DNA of 64,000 bases from the human T2T-CHM13v2.0 reference genome, Homo sapiens. The stretch lies in assembly GCF_009914755.1 (NCBI RefSeq), contig NC_060930.1; one strand, 5' to 3'. Below the pieces are notes generated by a model. The model did no database searches and had not been told where the DNA came from. It was given only the letters and a program-made list of their open reading frames with translations. Numbering within the stretch: the stretch's first letter is position 1; every line of letters begins with the position of its first letter. The translations under genes and the position numbers were made by a program. Below are positions 16,951 through 31,817 of the stretch, in pieces.

Positions 16951-17906
16951 CCTCCACTGACTGACTGAAAATTGTATTGTGGCTGCCAGTTGCTGAGGTC
17001 TTCAGGAGATAATGCACACCTCCCCTTTTTTTTGAATAAGTTCTAAACTAGTTGAAAAATGAAAGAAAAAGGTAAATATTGAAGCTAAAGTCTCACCTTT
17101 ATTACTAACGGGAGTCTAAGGTGGAGGATGCAGCTTAGCATGAGAATCAAACGGGCTTACTCTCTGACTGGCAGCCGGGCCCATTTACTCACTCTGCCCC
17201 AGCAGCACTGGCCTGCAGCAGACAGACCCCTCCTCCAGAAAAGCAGAGAAGAGCTCCCGCACTCTCAGGCTGGCTCACTCCCAAGAGGAAGAAAGGCCAG
17301 GCAGAGCTGAGAATGCCTCGTTAGTCTTTCTAAATTGACGAGTCAGGTAATGAAAGGGCTGGAGGGTGGCCAAGAGTTCTGATACCTTGCAGAAGTAAAC
17401 ATCTCAAGGACCCAAGAAGCAGTTCCCATTAATGTCAGTGATGGAATTGTCTTTTGAAGAAGTTATTTACTCATTTTTGGTTTTTGGTTTCCTATAAATA
17501 CCTTTCTTCTTTTATTCTGGAGTGGTCCCTAAAAGTTTGAATCATGATTTAGTAGTTCGTTTCTGTATACACCACTTGGTGCTGTGGATTGGGGAAGGGT
17601 CAAAAGCCAGGCGTAGGGTGGGCACCTCGTGATTTAAGGAGAGGGGAGCAGATGAAATGCAGGAGGCCTCATGCCCAGGCAGAAGGGCGCAGCCTGGTCC
17701 ACTCCCGACTGCTGCCTGTGTACCAGGTGACTCTAGGCCAGGCCAGGTCTCCATCTTTAACCCTTAGTGGGGAGGTGCCTTGGAGGGAGACAAGCTCCTC
17801 TGGACTCCTCAGCAACCTAGTGGTTTAGACAGGGGAGTTGTCTGCACCTGTTTTTGTCAGCTTTTCACCTGAGCTGTACTTTTGTGCTGTTCACATGGAA
17901 CCTCTT

Positions 17907-18271
17907 TGCTATGGAATGAATGTTTGTGCCACCCCCGAATTCACATGTTGAAACCTAGTCACCAGTGTGATGACATTAGGCAACAGGGCCTTTGGAGGGG
18001 GCGATGAAATATGAGGGTGAAGCCCTTGTGAATGAGATTAGTGCCCTTATAAAAGGGACCCCAGAAAGCTCCCTCCCCCTTCTGCTATATGAAGACATAG
18101 CAAGAAGGTGCCATCTGTGCACCAGGAAGAGGGTGTTCACCACATACGGAATCTGCCAATGCCTTGATCTTGAACTTCCCAGCCTCCAGAACTTGGAGAA
18201 ATAAATTGCTGTTGTTTATAAGCTACCCAGTTTGTAGTACTTTGTTATGGCTGCCCAAACAGACTAAGACA
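17907..18271 (+). mobile_element. MaLR solo LTR, MLT1A-like
   Basis: tgctatggaatgaatg...agaaataaattgctgttgttt...agactaagaca. Confidence 0.9.
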
Positions 18272-18544
18272 CCCCTGGACTCTAGACCAGGCAGGGATTA
18301 TCATGGGGCAATGTGGGGAAAGCAAGAAAGAACCTCAAATGTCTCTCCTGGTCTCACTGCCTCCACCAAGGAGGCATCTTCATCTCAATATTATATAGGA
18401 TGGAAAACATCAAGGTAATAAGTAGAGCTTAAATCTGCATAGAAGTCAAGAATTGGGGATGCAGAGGGCAAAAACTAAGAAGAAATGTTCAGAGAGTCAC
18501 CAAAATTAAACGTCTCATAGGTGAGAGATAGAGTTATATATACT

Positions 18545-19820
18545 GAAGAAGGTATAGCAAATAAGCAAGCCGAAAGATGCTCCACGAATACCGTTATCAT
18601 TAGGGTGATGCAGATTAAAACCACAATGAGATATACCTCTATTACAGTGGCACAAATCTAAAAAAAAATGGACAATATCAAATATTGGTGAAGAGGAGAT
18701 GGAGCAACCAGAACGCTGTCACACTCTTGATTGGAACATACAACAGTACGATCACAACAGAAAATCATTTGACAGTTCCTTAAAAAGTGAAAATACACTT
18801 ACTATAGGTCCCAGCCTTTCACTCCTATGTCACTCCTATTTACCCAAGAAAAATAAAAGCATCCGTCCATACAAAGAGTCTGTCACAATGTGTGGACGAG
18901 ACTATTTGTAATATCTCTAAAGTGGAAACAATCCAAGTACCTATCAACAGGTGAATGGATAAACACATTGTGATATACTCGTATGGTGGCATTCTACTCA
19001 GAAATAAAAAGTAATGAACTATTGATATAACACAACACATGGATGAATCTCAAGATAATTATGCCAAGTTAAAGGAGCCAGACAAAAATAGAATATACTA
19101 TATGATTCTCTTGATATGAGATTCTATAAAATGCAAGCTATCCATAGTGAAAGAGAGCAGACAAGTGAAAGATTGCCTGTGGACAGAGAGGAGGGTAGGA
19201 TGGCGAGGTGGGACAGAGTACACAGGGGTGTGATGAGACTTCTGTGGATGATGGATGCATTCAATATCTTAGTTGTGGTGATGGTTTCATGGATGTGTGC
19301 TGATGTCATAAGTTATCAAATTGTGCACTGTAAATATGTACAATTTATTTTATGGCAATGGATGTAATTTGGTTGCTTTTCTCCTCCAAATGTTTTTCCT
19401 CTCATGTTGAAATGTGACCCCCGATGTTGGAGGTGGGGCCTGGTGGGAGGTGTTTGGATCATGGGGATGGATCCCTCATGAATGGCTTGGTGTCATCCTC
19501 ATGGTGATGAGTCTGTTCTCACTCTATGAGTTCACATGAGATCTGGTTGTTTAAAAACAGCCTGGCACCTCCTCCCCGTTTCTCCTGCTCCCCTCTTGCC
19601 ATGTGACATGCATGCTCCCCCTTTGCCTTCTGTGATGATTGGAACCACCCCGAGGCCTCACCAGGAGCAGATGCTGGTGCCATGCTTGTACAGCCTGCAG
19701 AACTGTGAACCAAATAAACCTTTTTTTCTTTGCAAATTACACAGCCTCAGGTATTCCTCGAGCAATGCAAATAGACTAACACAGCAATTAAATGCCAATA
19801 AAACAATTAATCTTAAAAAA
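18545..19820 (+). mobile_element. Old L1M (L1MC/MD-like) 3' end, interrupted by an MST LTR
   Basis: aaaaccacaatgagata...catggatgaatctcaaga...; polyA signal aataaa at ~19797, after the LTR. Confidence 0.85.
19360..19783 (+). mobile_element. MaLR solo LTR, MSTB-like
   Basis: ggatcatggggatggatccctcatgaatggcttgg; ends ctaacaca; perfect 5-bp TSD gcaat. Confidence 0.9.
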
Positions 19821-20261
19821 CCTCACTAACCTTTTTGGAGCACCCTGTTTATTGCTGTGGGTGTGTGACAGCTGGAAGACAGGGCTCATGGAAAGGTCAA
19901 AGGAGGCATGGGCACCCATTCCCCTTGCCCCTGTTGTTGCTGCAGATGGTATGTTGCTCAATATCATATCAGTATGACTACCCGGAATCCTGGGTGATAA
20001 GAAGTACAACTGGAGACTGGGACACACACAGTGACTGCTTCTGCAGTGTGGGGATTCTGTATAAAAGCCCTTCCCCCTGGCTCTAGGTACTGGCCACCCT
20101 CCCAAGGGATGTGAGATATTTCTGCAATCACTTACCTCCTTCCTCCTCCTGTTTCTCTCCAGCCTGTGCAGTGCAGGGAAGAGCACTGGCTCTCATGCCA
20201 TACTGCTGGGGTCTGCTTTTGTGCTTCCCCACCTGGTGGCTCTGAGATCTTAGCCAAGCAC

Positions 20262-21005
<744 letters not shown>

Positions 21006-21444
21006 GAAAACAACAGATTTAACATCTCAGTCTTCTCATCTATAAACCAGGGATATTAGTAACATCCACATTGCAGAGTTGGTGTAAAAAAGATTCAGTC
21101 ATTTCCTAGACAACCGCTGTAACCAGCTAAGCCTTGAAGCCACATGCTCAGTCATTTAGAACATGTTAAGCACATCGAGACATCTCTGGCTCACAGCTAG
21201 CAGCTGGTAAATGTGAGCCATCATTATTTTTCACAACTACATGTGCAGATTTTGACCCTGGGAGAATTTTTTGTTCTAGATTTACACACTAACACCCCTC
21301 CCATCTGACCTTTGACCAAGGTTTTTACTACACGTATAAAAATAATAATATAAAGGAGTATGAGCCAAGTACTAAAGTCCTGAGGAGGTGATATCTCTGT
21401 GTGCCAAGCAGTCACGGAAGCCTTCATGGGTGATGTTAGAAGAC

Positions 21445-21864
21445 TGTTTTAGTCTGTGCTTGCACTACTATCAAGAACTATCTGAAACTGGGCAATTTAT
21501 AAAGAAAAGAGGTTTAATTGGCTCATGGTTCTGCAAGGCTGTGCAGAAAGCATGGTGGCTTTTGCTTCTGGGGAGGCCTCAGGAAGCTTCCAATTGTGGT
21601 AAAAGGCAAAGGGAGAGCAGGAGTCTTACATGGCTGGAGCAGCAGCAAGAGAGAGGAAGTGGGGAGGTGCTGCACACTTTTAAATGACCAGATCTCATGA
21701 GAACTCACTCACTATCATGAGAACAGCACCAAGGGGATGCTGCGAAACTACTGACAAGAAATCGCTCCAATTGTCCAATCACCTGTCACCAGGCCCCACT
21801 TCCAACACTGGGGATTACAATTTGACATGGGATTTGGGTGGAGACATGTATCCAAACCATATTA
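21445..21864 (-). mobile_element. MaLR solo LTR, MSTA-like
   Basis: aatttataaagaaaagaggtttaattggctca...aaccatatta; TSD aagac/cagac. Confidence 0.9.
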
Positions 21865-21884
21865 CAGACCTTGAAGATGGGGAA

Positions 21885-22065
21885 GGGGATTGAATCCTTT
21901 GATCAAAATCCCATTTTGTGCCTCTGATTTTGGGAAAAATTACTGATCTTCCTTGAACTTCAATTTCTCTATAAAATGGCAATAATATAGTTGTTGCATT
22001 GATTAAATGAGACAAGGTAAAGTGTTTGTCAGATGCCCCAAACCCAATAGGTGCTCAGTGAATAT
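21885..22065 (+). mobile_element. MIR
   Basis: aacttcaatttctctataaaatggcaataata...gattaaatgaga...ggtgctcagtgaat. Confidence 0.7.
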
Positions 22066-22160
22066 TTTTTAAAAATATAGAAGTTATGTTGTGGGCAAAG
22101 ACTTGGGCAAATTATTAGGAACAAGACTGTAGCTTTTGGGCAGAGCACAGTTGGACTTAC

Positions 22161-22337
22161 TGGCTCAGTAATTCCACATTTGAGTAGAACAACAACTAGT
22201 TTCTCAATGATGACACATCAGGATCAAACACCCGGGGGACCTCTCCTGCAATTGCTGTTCTCTTTGAAGAAGCTCCTTTTAAATAGAAGACAGTACCTTG
22301 AAATATGGCCACAGGAGGTCAGTAGCGTGCTGTGGTT
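22161..22337 (-). other. Candidate non-coding exon (177 nt)
   Basis: Acceptor tttttttgcttctgcgtag| and donor CCA|gtaagt in unique sequence; stops in all three frames. Confidence 0.35.
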
Positions 22338-22724
22338 CTACGCAGAAGCAAAAAAACAGTCCCCTCTAAGCATCTTTAAGCCATAAATTCCTTGTTGTAA
22401 ACTAAGAATATGTTATTCCTTCCATATTTTCAGATAAATTGACAGCTAAGCTTAAAGAAATTATGCTTTCAGCTTGTAATATGGAATAGACAGGCACTAA
22501 CTTATTCTTAAAGACTCTTATTATGACACGGCTGTGTTTGAAGAAATGGTTTTGTTTTGTTTTTTAATGAAACCTGTGTTTTGGTCAAGAGTGTTACCAC
22601 ATTCAGATCACAACTTTTCTAAGGAAATACACTCAAAGACACCTAACATTTGAGTGAGATTAATCATAATGTAAGATTTCTGTGATGTGTGCAATGGGGC
22701 TTCAATATCTTAGATCTCACCATG

Positions 22725-22840
22725 ATGGGCAATTGCTTGTCTTTTTCGAGCCTTGATTTCTCATCTTTAAGACAGGAGTGACGCGGCTGTTGTCATAATT
22801 AAGTGAGGAAATGTAGTTAAAGCACCGACCACCAAGCCCT
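22725..22840 (+). mobile_element. MIR fragment
   Basis: gagccttgatttctcatctttaaga...aattaagtgaggaaatgtagttaaagcac. Confidence 0.7.
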
Positions 22841-22899
22841 AAACATTTTGTGCTTCTGGATGCCCAGTATCCTTCCTGTTTGGGGAGAATCTGAAGATG

Positions 22900-23190
22900 G
22901 GTGAGGGACAGGGCTTGTCCCTCGCCGCAATGGAAGTCAAAGGGGGACGATCTTTCTTCGACTCTTTGACCCCTGGCTGCTGGAGCATGGTCATGTGACC
23001 AAAGCGTGGCTGGGCATCTCAAAGGCTCAGCCACTTGCATATTATTTGTGATGTCAGGTGTAGGCTAGTGGCGTAATAGCAAGCACCCGGGATCAGCAGG
23101 TCCCTGCAGGATGTTGGCGGGGCTTTGCCTACCTTCGTTTCTGCCTAAGTATGCTGAGTTTTCCCAACAACGCTGGGAGCTTATTTATAT
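22900..23190 (-). promoter_or_regulatory. Candidate promoter/enhancer with TATA box, short first exon and M-box
   Basis: Minus-strand TATAAATA 23189-23182; Inr-like CTCAGCA ~30 nt downstream; donor AAG|gtaggc at 23132; near-palindromic TGGTCATGTGACCA at 22988-23001; locally raised CpG. Confidence 0.35.
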
Positions 23191-25469
23191 CCTTCTAACA
23201 AATTCAGGTTAGCCAGAAAATCTACTGTTGTTTGCAACCCAAAACACTGAAGAGTGTAAGATTCAAGTTTAAGTTTATGGTAAATGTGCAAAATTACTCG
23301 TTAAAGGATTCTGGCTGGTATATAATAGAGTTTTCTCCTGAGGTTTTTTCCACAGTACAATCGATGATTGTAAAAGAAAAGCTGAATAATTGAAAAAAGG
23401 CCTAGTGTTTTGACATGACAATAGAAATAATATTTACTAGACACAGAGAGCAGGGTTTCAACCATCCTGTAATTGTCAGCCATGCAGCAGGGCTGTCTGA
23501 GGACAGCTGTGCATGTAAATCATCACTGGTTGCCTGGATGAGATAACTAGGTTACTGGTGGCTTCCCCTTCTTCTGGCTTCAGAGGTTGCACCCAAACTC
23601 AGTTTCCCATGGGCCCAGTGACTTCCTCTCTCATATCCTCCCACACCAGACCTTCAATGAGACTAAATGGAAATATCTCTGAAATCCACTGATGAGAGAG
23701 CAGTAGAACTAACACTGTATATATGTGTGTGTGTACATACTTCAGTATGAAAACAGGAATTCCTATGCATAAATGGCATAACAACACCATATGGCCCCTC
23801 ACCAATGCATCAGAAGGTAAATAGCTTCTCTTCAGATGATGTTAGAAGAATCATTTGTCCAGTTATTCAAGTTAAATGTCATTTACTTTTGAAATGTTTC
23901 TTTGTGATTTAAAGCCTGTCACTAAAAACAAACCCCACACCACCACCACAAAACAAAAACCAAAAAATAAAAGCAAACCACTGCTCTTTGCTTCTCAAAC
24001 TCTCTCACTGCCTGATATCACACTCACCAGGAAATTTTTCTTGGTGATAGAACTTCCATTTCCTCACTGTCTCCCTCACCACCTACCCTACCTCCCATCA
24101 GCCCTGGCCTTGGGAATGAAGTGGTCAGAGAAAATGATCTCCTCATAAATGTCTGATGAAAATCGGCTTGCCACCCTGTAACATGGGAAGACATTTGTAT
24201 CATCTATATTCTAGGTTGATCATAAAACCATCTTATAAAATTGGTTAATTATGCTGGGGTTCAACTGTTTATTATGTCAGACAAGGAGGGTTTTGGGGCA
24301 GGTCTGAGATGAAGAGATTGGTAGTAAGGGAAGACTCAATTTATAGCTTTTATTACCAGTAAAATCTGAAGCCTTGCAAAACCTCAATGGTGCCCAATTA
24401 TATAAAAACATGGTAATTTTTCTTGCATCATCAATATTTAAAAGCCACTTGGCTGACCATGTTGGGACACCTATGTTTTGAAGCATGTGAGGAAACATCT
24501 GTGAGCACATTTACAGTATTCCATCAAATAATACGCTTCAAATTCAAGAGGAGTAATTTCAAATTAGTAATGTTTACAGACATGTCTGCATCCATTGTAC
24601 CTAAAAGAAAGTTAAAATGAGATAAAAATCTGGGAAAAAAAGGTGGCAGCTCATTTCCCACAATCTCCCTTGCTTTTTTAAACTCTTACTTTGAACTTAC
24701 TGCTTTTTGCATGATAGTCTTCTGCCTTAATTCTTGAATTTTCCAAATTGATGTTAAAGTCTTTAATGACTCCTTTTTATACCAAATAACTCTCTCTTTT
24801 TTTCTTTTTACCAACTCTCTGATATGCAAATGTATGTCTGGAGTACCATAAAAAGGATTTTATTTTTCAAAAATAAACAAAGGGAGAATGTAGGTAACAA
24901 AATCTAATACAGAAGATGTATTTAACATCATGGTATAGTAGAAAAAAACAAGTTATTCTGTCTTGCATCATTGATGTTTATAAGTCACTTGATGAGCCAT
25001 TATGAAACATCTCTGTTTGTAACATGCAAAGTTAACAGCTGGGTCATATTTATAGCATTCTACTCAATACCATGCCTCAGAGTCCAGGTTGAGAATTTGT
25101 GATTTGCAATTGATAGGCATATTTGCCTTCAGACATTGGAAAACTCTGAAATAGGAAAAAATAATGAAGACATTGTAAAGTATTTCTTTCCCTCTGGCAA
25201 GTAAAAGATTAATTACTGTTAGTATACCAGCTCTTTCTTATAAGAAATCATCCTGAAATCCTAAAATAGCCGCTTCATATCAGAGTGATATCCAGAAGCC
25301 TCTTTCAATATCTGTCCTAAAGGACAAAATGCCCACCCTCCAAACAGTCGAAGACAGATTTTTCATGGGGCATATTGTTGAATTTTGTGATGAATCTTGC
25401 TGAATTATTTAGCCTTTGGCAGCAAAATGTGGCTGGGAAGAACATGGACTGCGTGGCTTCACCACAGCA

Positions 25470-25590
25470 GCTCAGGTAGATGTCCTTGGGCTTGAACTTT
25501 CTGAACTTTGGCTCACTCTGATGAAATGGGAAAAACAACGGCAACTTTACAGAGTTGTTTCAAAGACTATATAAGAATTACAATAATAGC
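25470..25590 (+). mobile_element. MIR fragment
   Basis: ctcactctgatgaaatgggaaaaacaacggcaactttacagagttgtt. Confidence 0.55.
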
Positions 25591-25761
25591 TAAGATTCTT
25601 GAAAAAATTTCCATTTGCCAGACACTGACTAGAAAGCTTGATATAGACTTGTCATTTCAAACAGATCAAATCTATATGGAAAAGGCACTTCATGAATTAG
25701 GCCACAGAAATGTGAATTTATTCCTCCTTCCTCTGTTATTTGAAACTCTCATAAAAGGGAC

Positions 25762-26371
<610 letters not shown>

Positions 26372-26449
26372 GCCAAGAATGATTTTTAATGAGAACCTAA
26401 CAGCTTAAAGGACATAGCTATGTACCGTCCCATTTCCCAATAGTTGAAG

Positions 26450-27325
<876 letters not shown>

Positions 27326-28316
27326 TTGGCCTAACCACAATGACAGGCCCATATATCTACCTGTTAAAATAAATGGAAAAAGACACCCCAGGCAAACACT
27401 CAATGCCAAGAAATCAATTAGTGGATTTTCTTCTTGGAAATACTATCTTGTTACAAAGGAGAAAAATGCTTAGGAAACTTTTATATAACTTCAGGTTTAG
27501 CCCAAGATTTTTTAAACACAGGAAAATCTCTTTCCCTTTTTTCTTATTCAAGGCATACAGTACGTTACTTTTACCTTATTTCAGAGTATCCATGTCTGGT
27601 TTTGTTGATGTATAAACACTTGGAGGCTTCTCTCTCTCTCTCTCTGACTCTCTCGTCACACATACATATCTTCCTCATTTGGCCACCCCCTCACTTCCTA
27701 AACCTTGCATGAAAAAAAAAAAAAGGTTACCTTCAGGTGAATGAGTAACTTAGAGTTGTGATACAAAGGACTTGCTGGGTTAATTCCCTGCCGTGTTGCA
27801 AGTTAAGACCTCAGGAGGGATCCTGATTGAGATTGAAGCTATATACATAAATAAATCCCCAGCCGAAGCTTGATTTGAATAGATATATGGGAGCTGGGGA
27901 CAGAATTGACCAGATGCTGGACCATATGATAAACACAGAGGATCACGGTGTGGTATAAAACCTGGGCAGTTCCATGGTACAGCTGGCCGTGCATAATCTT
28001 CTGCTAATTTATAAGGCGGGAGCATCTGCTCTTTCACTGCCACTCTCCAATTTTCTAACAACCTTATCCTTGGGTCTCTGGTTTAAAGCAGCCCCATGAC
28101 GTGGCAGGAAAGAAAGGAGGGTTATCACCAGGGAAAAAAGACACTGCCCAGAATCCTGACTTTCAGAGAAAAAAGAGAAAAGGCCTTGATTCTTATCCTG
28201 ACTAAGCCTTCTTTTTTGGGTAGTGTCATTTTGAAATCATTCTTTTAGATAGGGCATCTTGGGTTGCCATCACGGGATAGTGTCTTTCTCTATAAGAAGA
28301 TTCTTTCTGCCCCTTA

Positions 28317-28627
<311 letters not shown>

Positions 28628-29221
28628 GTCTGTAAGAGAAGAATTTAGGCCAAACTAAAGCCTCAGATTGCTTTCAGTTGAGATAATACTGTTTCTATTT
28701 AATTCAAAGCAACTAGTATTTTCTGGGGACTACATAGGCAAAATTGAGAAGCAGGAGTTATAATGCCCTCCTGGCCCTGGAACTTCCCAAACACCCATTG
28801 AGAAGGCCTGTCTCCCTACTCATGATTCTTTCTCCTCTTACTCTTTCGACTTCCTGCCAGGCAGGTTGGGGTTATGGTGGTGGCATGCCTCTCATTAACT
28901 ACTACATTAGGCCCAGCTTTCTGCTACATCTTTGTTTAACCACATTGATGTATTAGTTGATAGAGGCTTAAAATATTTTTATCTTAAAAGAGACATCTGA
29001 CACTGATGTTAAAAGGCTCAAAGGAATGAATATCTTAATGACGGAATTTCATTTTCTGGGACTCATAGGTAAAATAGTTTAACGAAATGGATGACGTTAC
29101 CTTCAAATAACACTCTCTGGAAGAAACTCATTGGTCTAGGGATTAGAAGAGGTTTTAGTCCTTATTCTGCAACTATTATAGCCTCTGACATTGGTCACAC
29201 CACTTAAGCCCGCTGAGCCTG

Positions 29222-29452
29222 GAGTCTCAATACCTTTTTCCTTTTGAATGGCAGAGAAAAACAAAACAATACACTTGGAAATTACTCCCTCAGGGCTTTT
29301 GGGACAGCTCCTTTTTTTTTTTTTTTTTTGCCTGAGCCCTAGAAAGGGATCTGAGGAATTTTCAATTAGAAAGTGGGAGTATACTCCAACACGTAGATGA
29401 CCTTCTTGTATGTAGTCCAACCCAGGAGGCATCTGACCAAAAAACCTTAAAA
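29222..29452 (+). pseudogene. ERV1 (gammaretrovirus-like) RT core fragment, inverted relative to its N-terminal neighbour
   Basis: One frame reads ESQYLFPFEWQRKTKQYTWKLLPQGFWDSSFFFFFFA*ALERDLRNFQLESGSILQHVDDLLVCSPTQ, containing LPQG and the YVDD-like HVDD at 29390-29401. Confidence 0.9.
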
Positions 29453-29820
29453 CCATTTTGCATTCCCCGGCACTCGAGTCAGAAGAGTACGTGGATCTGC
29501 CACTAATGGGTGGGCTGGGATCACGACCTCATTCATTGCCCTGAGCTCCTGTACCATATGGTATTCCCCCAAAGGCTTCAAAATGGTCAAAATGAGGGTA
29601 TTACAGGGAGAATTACAGGATTTCAGAAGTCCACGGGCAAGCAACCCCTTAACTACAGACACTATGCCCTTTCTTGCTTCCAGCTTAATTGGGTATTGTT
29701 TTCTGTTGGGAAAATGACTGGGGTCTTTGAGCTGTATTTTGATGGGCACTGCCATTCTAGCCCTTCCAGCCCTCCCAGTACACCATGCTCGTGGGTTGAC
29801 CTGTTTGTGTACAAATGCGA
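29447..29820 (-). pseudogene. ERV1 RT N-terminal fragment
   Basis: ORF 29447-29851: QVNPRAW...IQLKDP...KQYPIK...CNSPCNT...VQELRAMNEVV...AKWF is a gammaretroviral RT N-terminus. Confidence 0.92.
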
Positions 29821-30199
29821 CTGTCAAGGATGCCATAAAACTCATAGACAAGCTTAGGCTGCTGTCATATTAGAACTCATCATATAAATGAATTTAAGGC
29901 CAAAACACTCAATGAATGTTACATTTATGACCTTCTGAAGTTGCCCTTTGACCCAGCATCACCTTGGCCATTTGTATCCCCTTGAGCCTCCTTCCCTCCC
30001 CATCTAATGGACAGTGGAGTAGCAAAGGCTCATGTCCAGTGGTTGAGATGATTTTTGCAGTGCTATGCGTGCCATGGGCAAGGGTCAGGGCAAAACTTTG
30101 ACCCTGTTGATCCCTTCTCACCCCCTCCTTCAGCTTTACTCATTTCTCCTGGGCCTGTGTGCCATGTTTGAATGCCCTCAATTTCTCACCATGTCCTGC

Positions 30200-30670
30200 T
30201 CAAAGACCGTATTCACTGATGGTGCGCTGGCTTTTGGTATTATAAAGATTCCCAAATTCCTCTGATCATAAGAATCACCTGGGCTGCTCATCTTGTAATT
30301 CTGAGTCAGAAAGTTTGGGGTGGGGCCTGCTGATCTGTGCATTTAACCAAGACTCTGGGTGAGTCTCATGATCACATGAGTCTGAGACACATGGATTTAA
30401 TGACTATGAAAGTTGAAAGATGCCCCTGAGATCATTTAAACCAGTGGTTCTCAAAGTGCAGCTCCCAACCAGAGCATCAGTGTCACCTGGGATTTGTTAG
30501 AAATGCAAATTACTGACTCTATGAAAAAGGAACTCTGGAGGTGGGGCCCAGTTCCCTGTGTTTTCACAAGCCTTCCAGACAATTATTGCATAGGCTAAAA
30601 CTCCAGACTTGCTGATGTAGACCATCTCTCTCCTGTTATCCTCTATTTTACAGATAAGGAATGTTGGCAC
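30200..30670. mobile_element. MER5-family MITEs (about 30200-30392 and 30442-30600) with MIR remnants
   Basis: agaatcacctggg...ggtggggcct; cagtggttctcaaagtg...gttagaaatgcaaatt; attttacagataagga. Confidence 0.7.
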
Positions 30671-31344
30671 TCTGTCTATCACTTTGGGACCTTGGGTGTT
30701 GAAGTTGGGGAGGGGGACAAGTGCTACAATCCCTAGGTGATTGTGAACAGGGTGAGAAGAGAGATGGTAGAGGGCTCCTGAGAATGGGCCATCAGTGGTG
30801 TGATCCTCAGCTTCCAATCCCTATTCTCTGAGCCTGAGGTCTTATCTGTAGACAAGGACTCATGTTTGCTGAGGGTGCTGCTAAAAGACACCAGGTGTCT
30901 GAAGGGCCAAACCTTTGTGGTAAACCAGAGCTTAGATGTTTATAGTAACTCTCCACTAAGAAATCCCCTGAGAACCCAGCCACCAAGAAGCCCCAGTTCC
31001 TCTAAAGAAAGACATGTCTCACTCTCAGAGAAGTTTCAGCTCTGCTTTTGGTGGTTAGTGCCTGCCCATTCTCAGGATGGTTCATGAAAGAGTCTTCTAC
31101 TTAGTGCTGTGGAATAACCATCTGAAATTGTAAGCTGTGGGTAGATAGTACTGTGGTGTAATCACACATCTTCCTGTCACACTGGTGGGAAGGATCAAGG
31201 GTTCAGCATAGTTCAGCCATCCCTGTTATTCTCAAAACCAGTGTTCCCAAACTTCAGTCATTTGGCTATAATTTTCACAATGTTTCTAAATTCAAGTACA
31301 ATATGTATTGTCGTTTTATCTAATATTTTTCACTTGCTCAACTT

Positions 31345-31608
31345 AAAAAAACTAAGAATATTTTCAAATTTTCAAAATAATTATGAAGATAGTACAGAGA
31401 GTTCTCATATATATACCCCACGCCTGGTTTCCCCTATTGTTAAAATCTTATATTAGTATAGTACATTTGTCATAAATAATGAACTAAATTAATTGATACA
31501 TTATTGTTAACTAAAGTCCATGCTTTATTTAGTTTTTACTTAATGTCCTTTTTTTTTTTTTCTGTACCTGGATCCCATTTAGGGTACCACATTAAATTTA
31601 TTCATCAC
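31345..31608 (-). mobile_element. L1MC/MD-like 3' fragment
   Basis: aagatagtacagagagttctcatata...gatacattattgttaactaaagtccat. Confidence 0.7.
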
Positions 31609-31610
31609 AT

Positions 31611-31817
31611 TGTATTTGGGTCCTATTCCAGACCTAACAAAAAGTGAACTGATGCAAAAGAATGACACTCTGGTTAAAGCTATTGCTGTGAGTATTAAAG
31701 CCCTTTGTCTCTGATCCAAGAGTCTCATGTCTTCTGCCAGCATCTAAGAAACACTGACAAGTCAATTAGTTAGTTTCCAGGTAGGGTAAAGGCTTAGATA
31801 TCTTACAGTTCTTGAAC
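31611..31817 (+). mobile_element. MER34-family ERV1 LTR 3' fragment
   Basis: taaagccctttgtctctgatccaagagtctcatgtcttctgccagcatc...gtagggtaaa...acagttcttga. Confidence 0.7.

Noticed and set aside
29136-29456. 106-aa minus-strand ORF as a continuation of pol
   Set aside because: It is the antisense of the flipped RT core; the homology is on the plus strand
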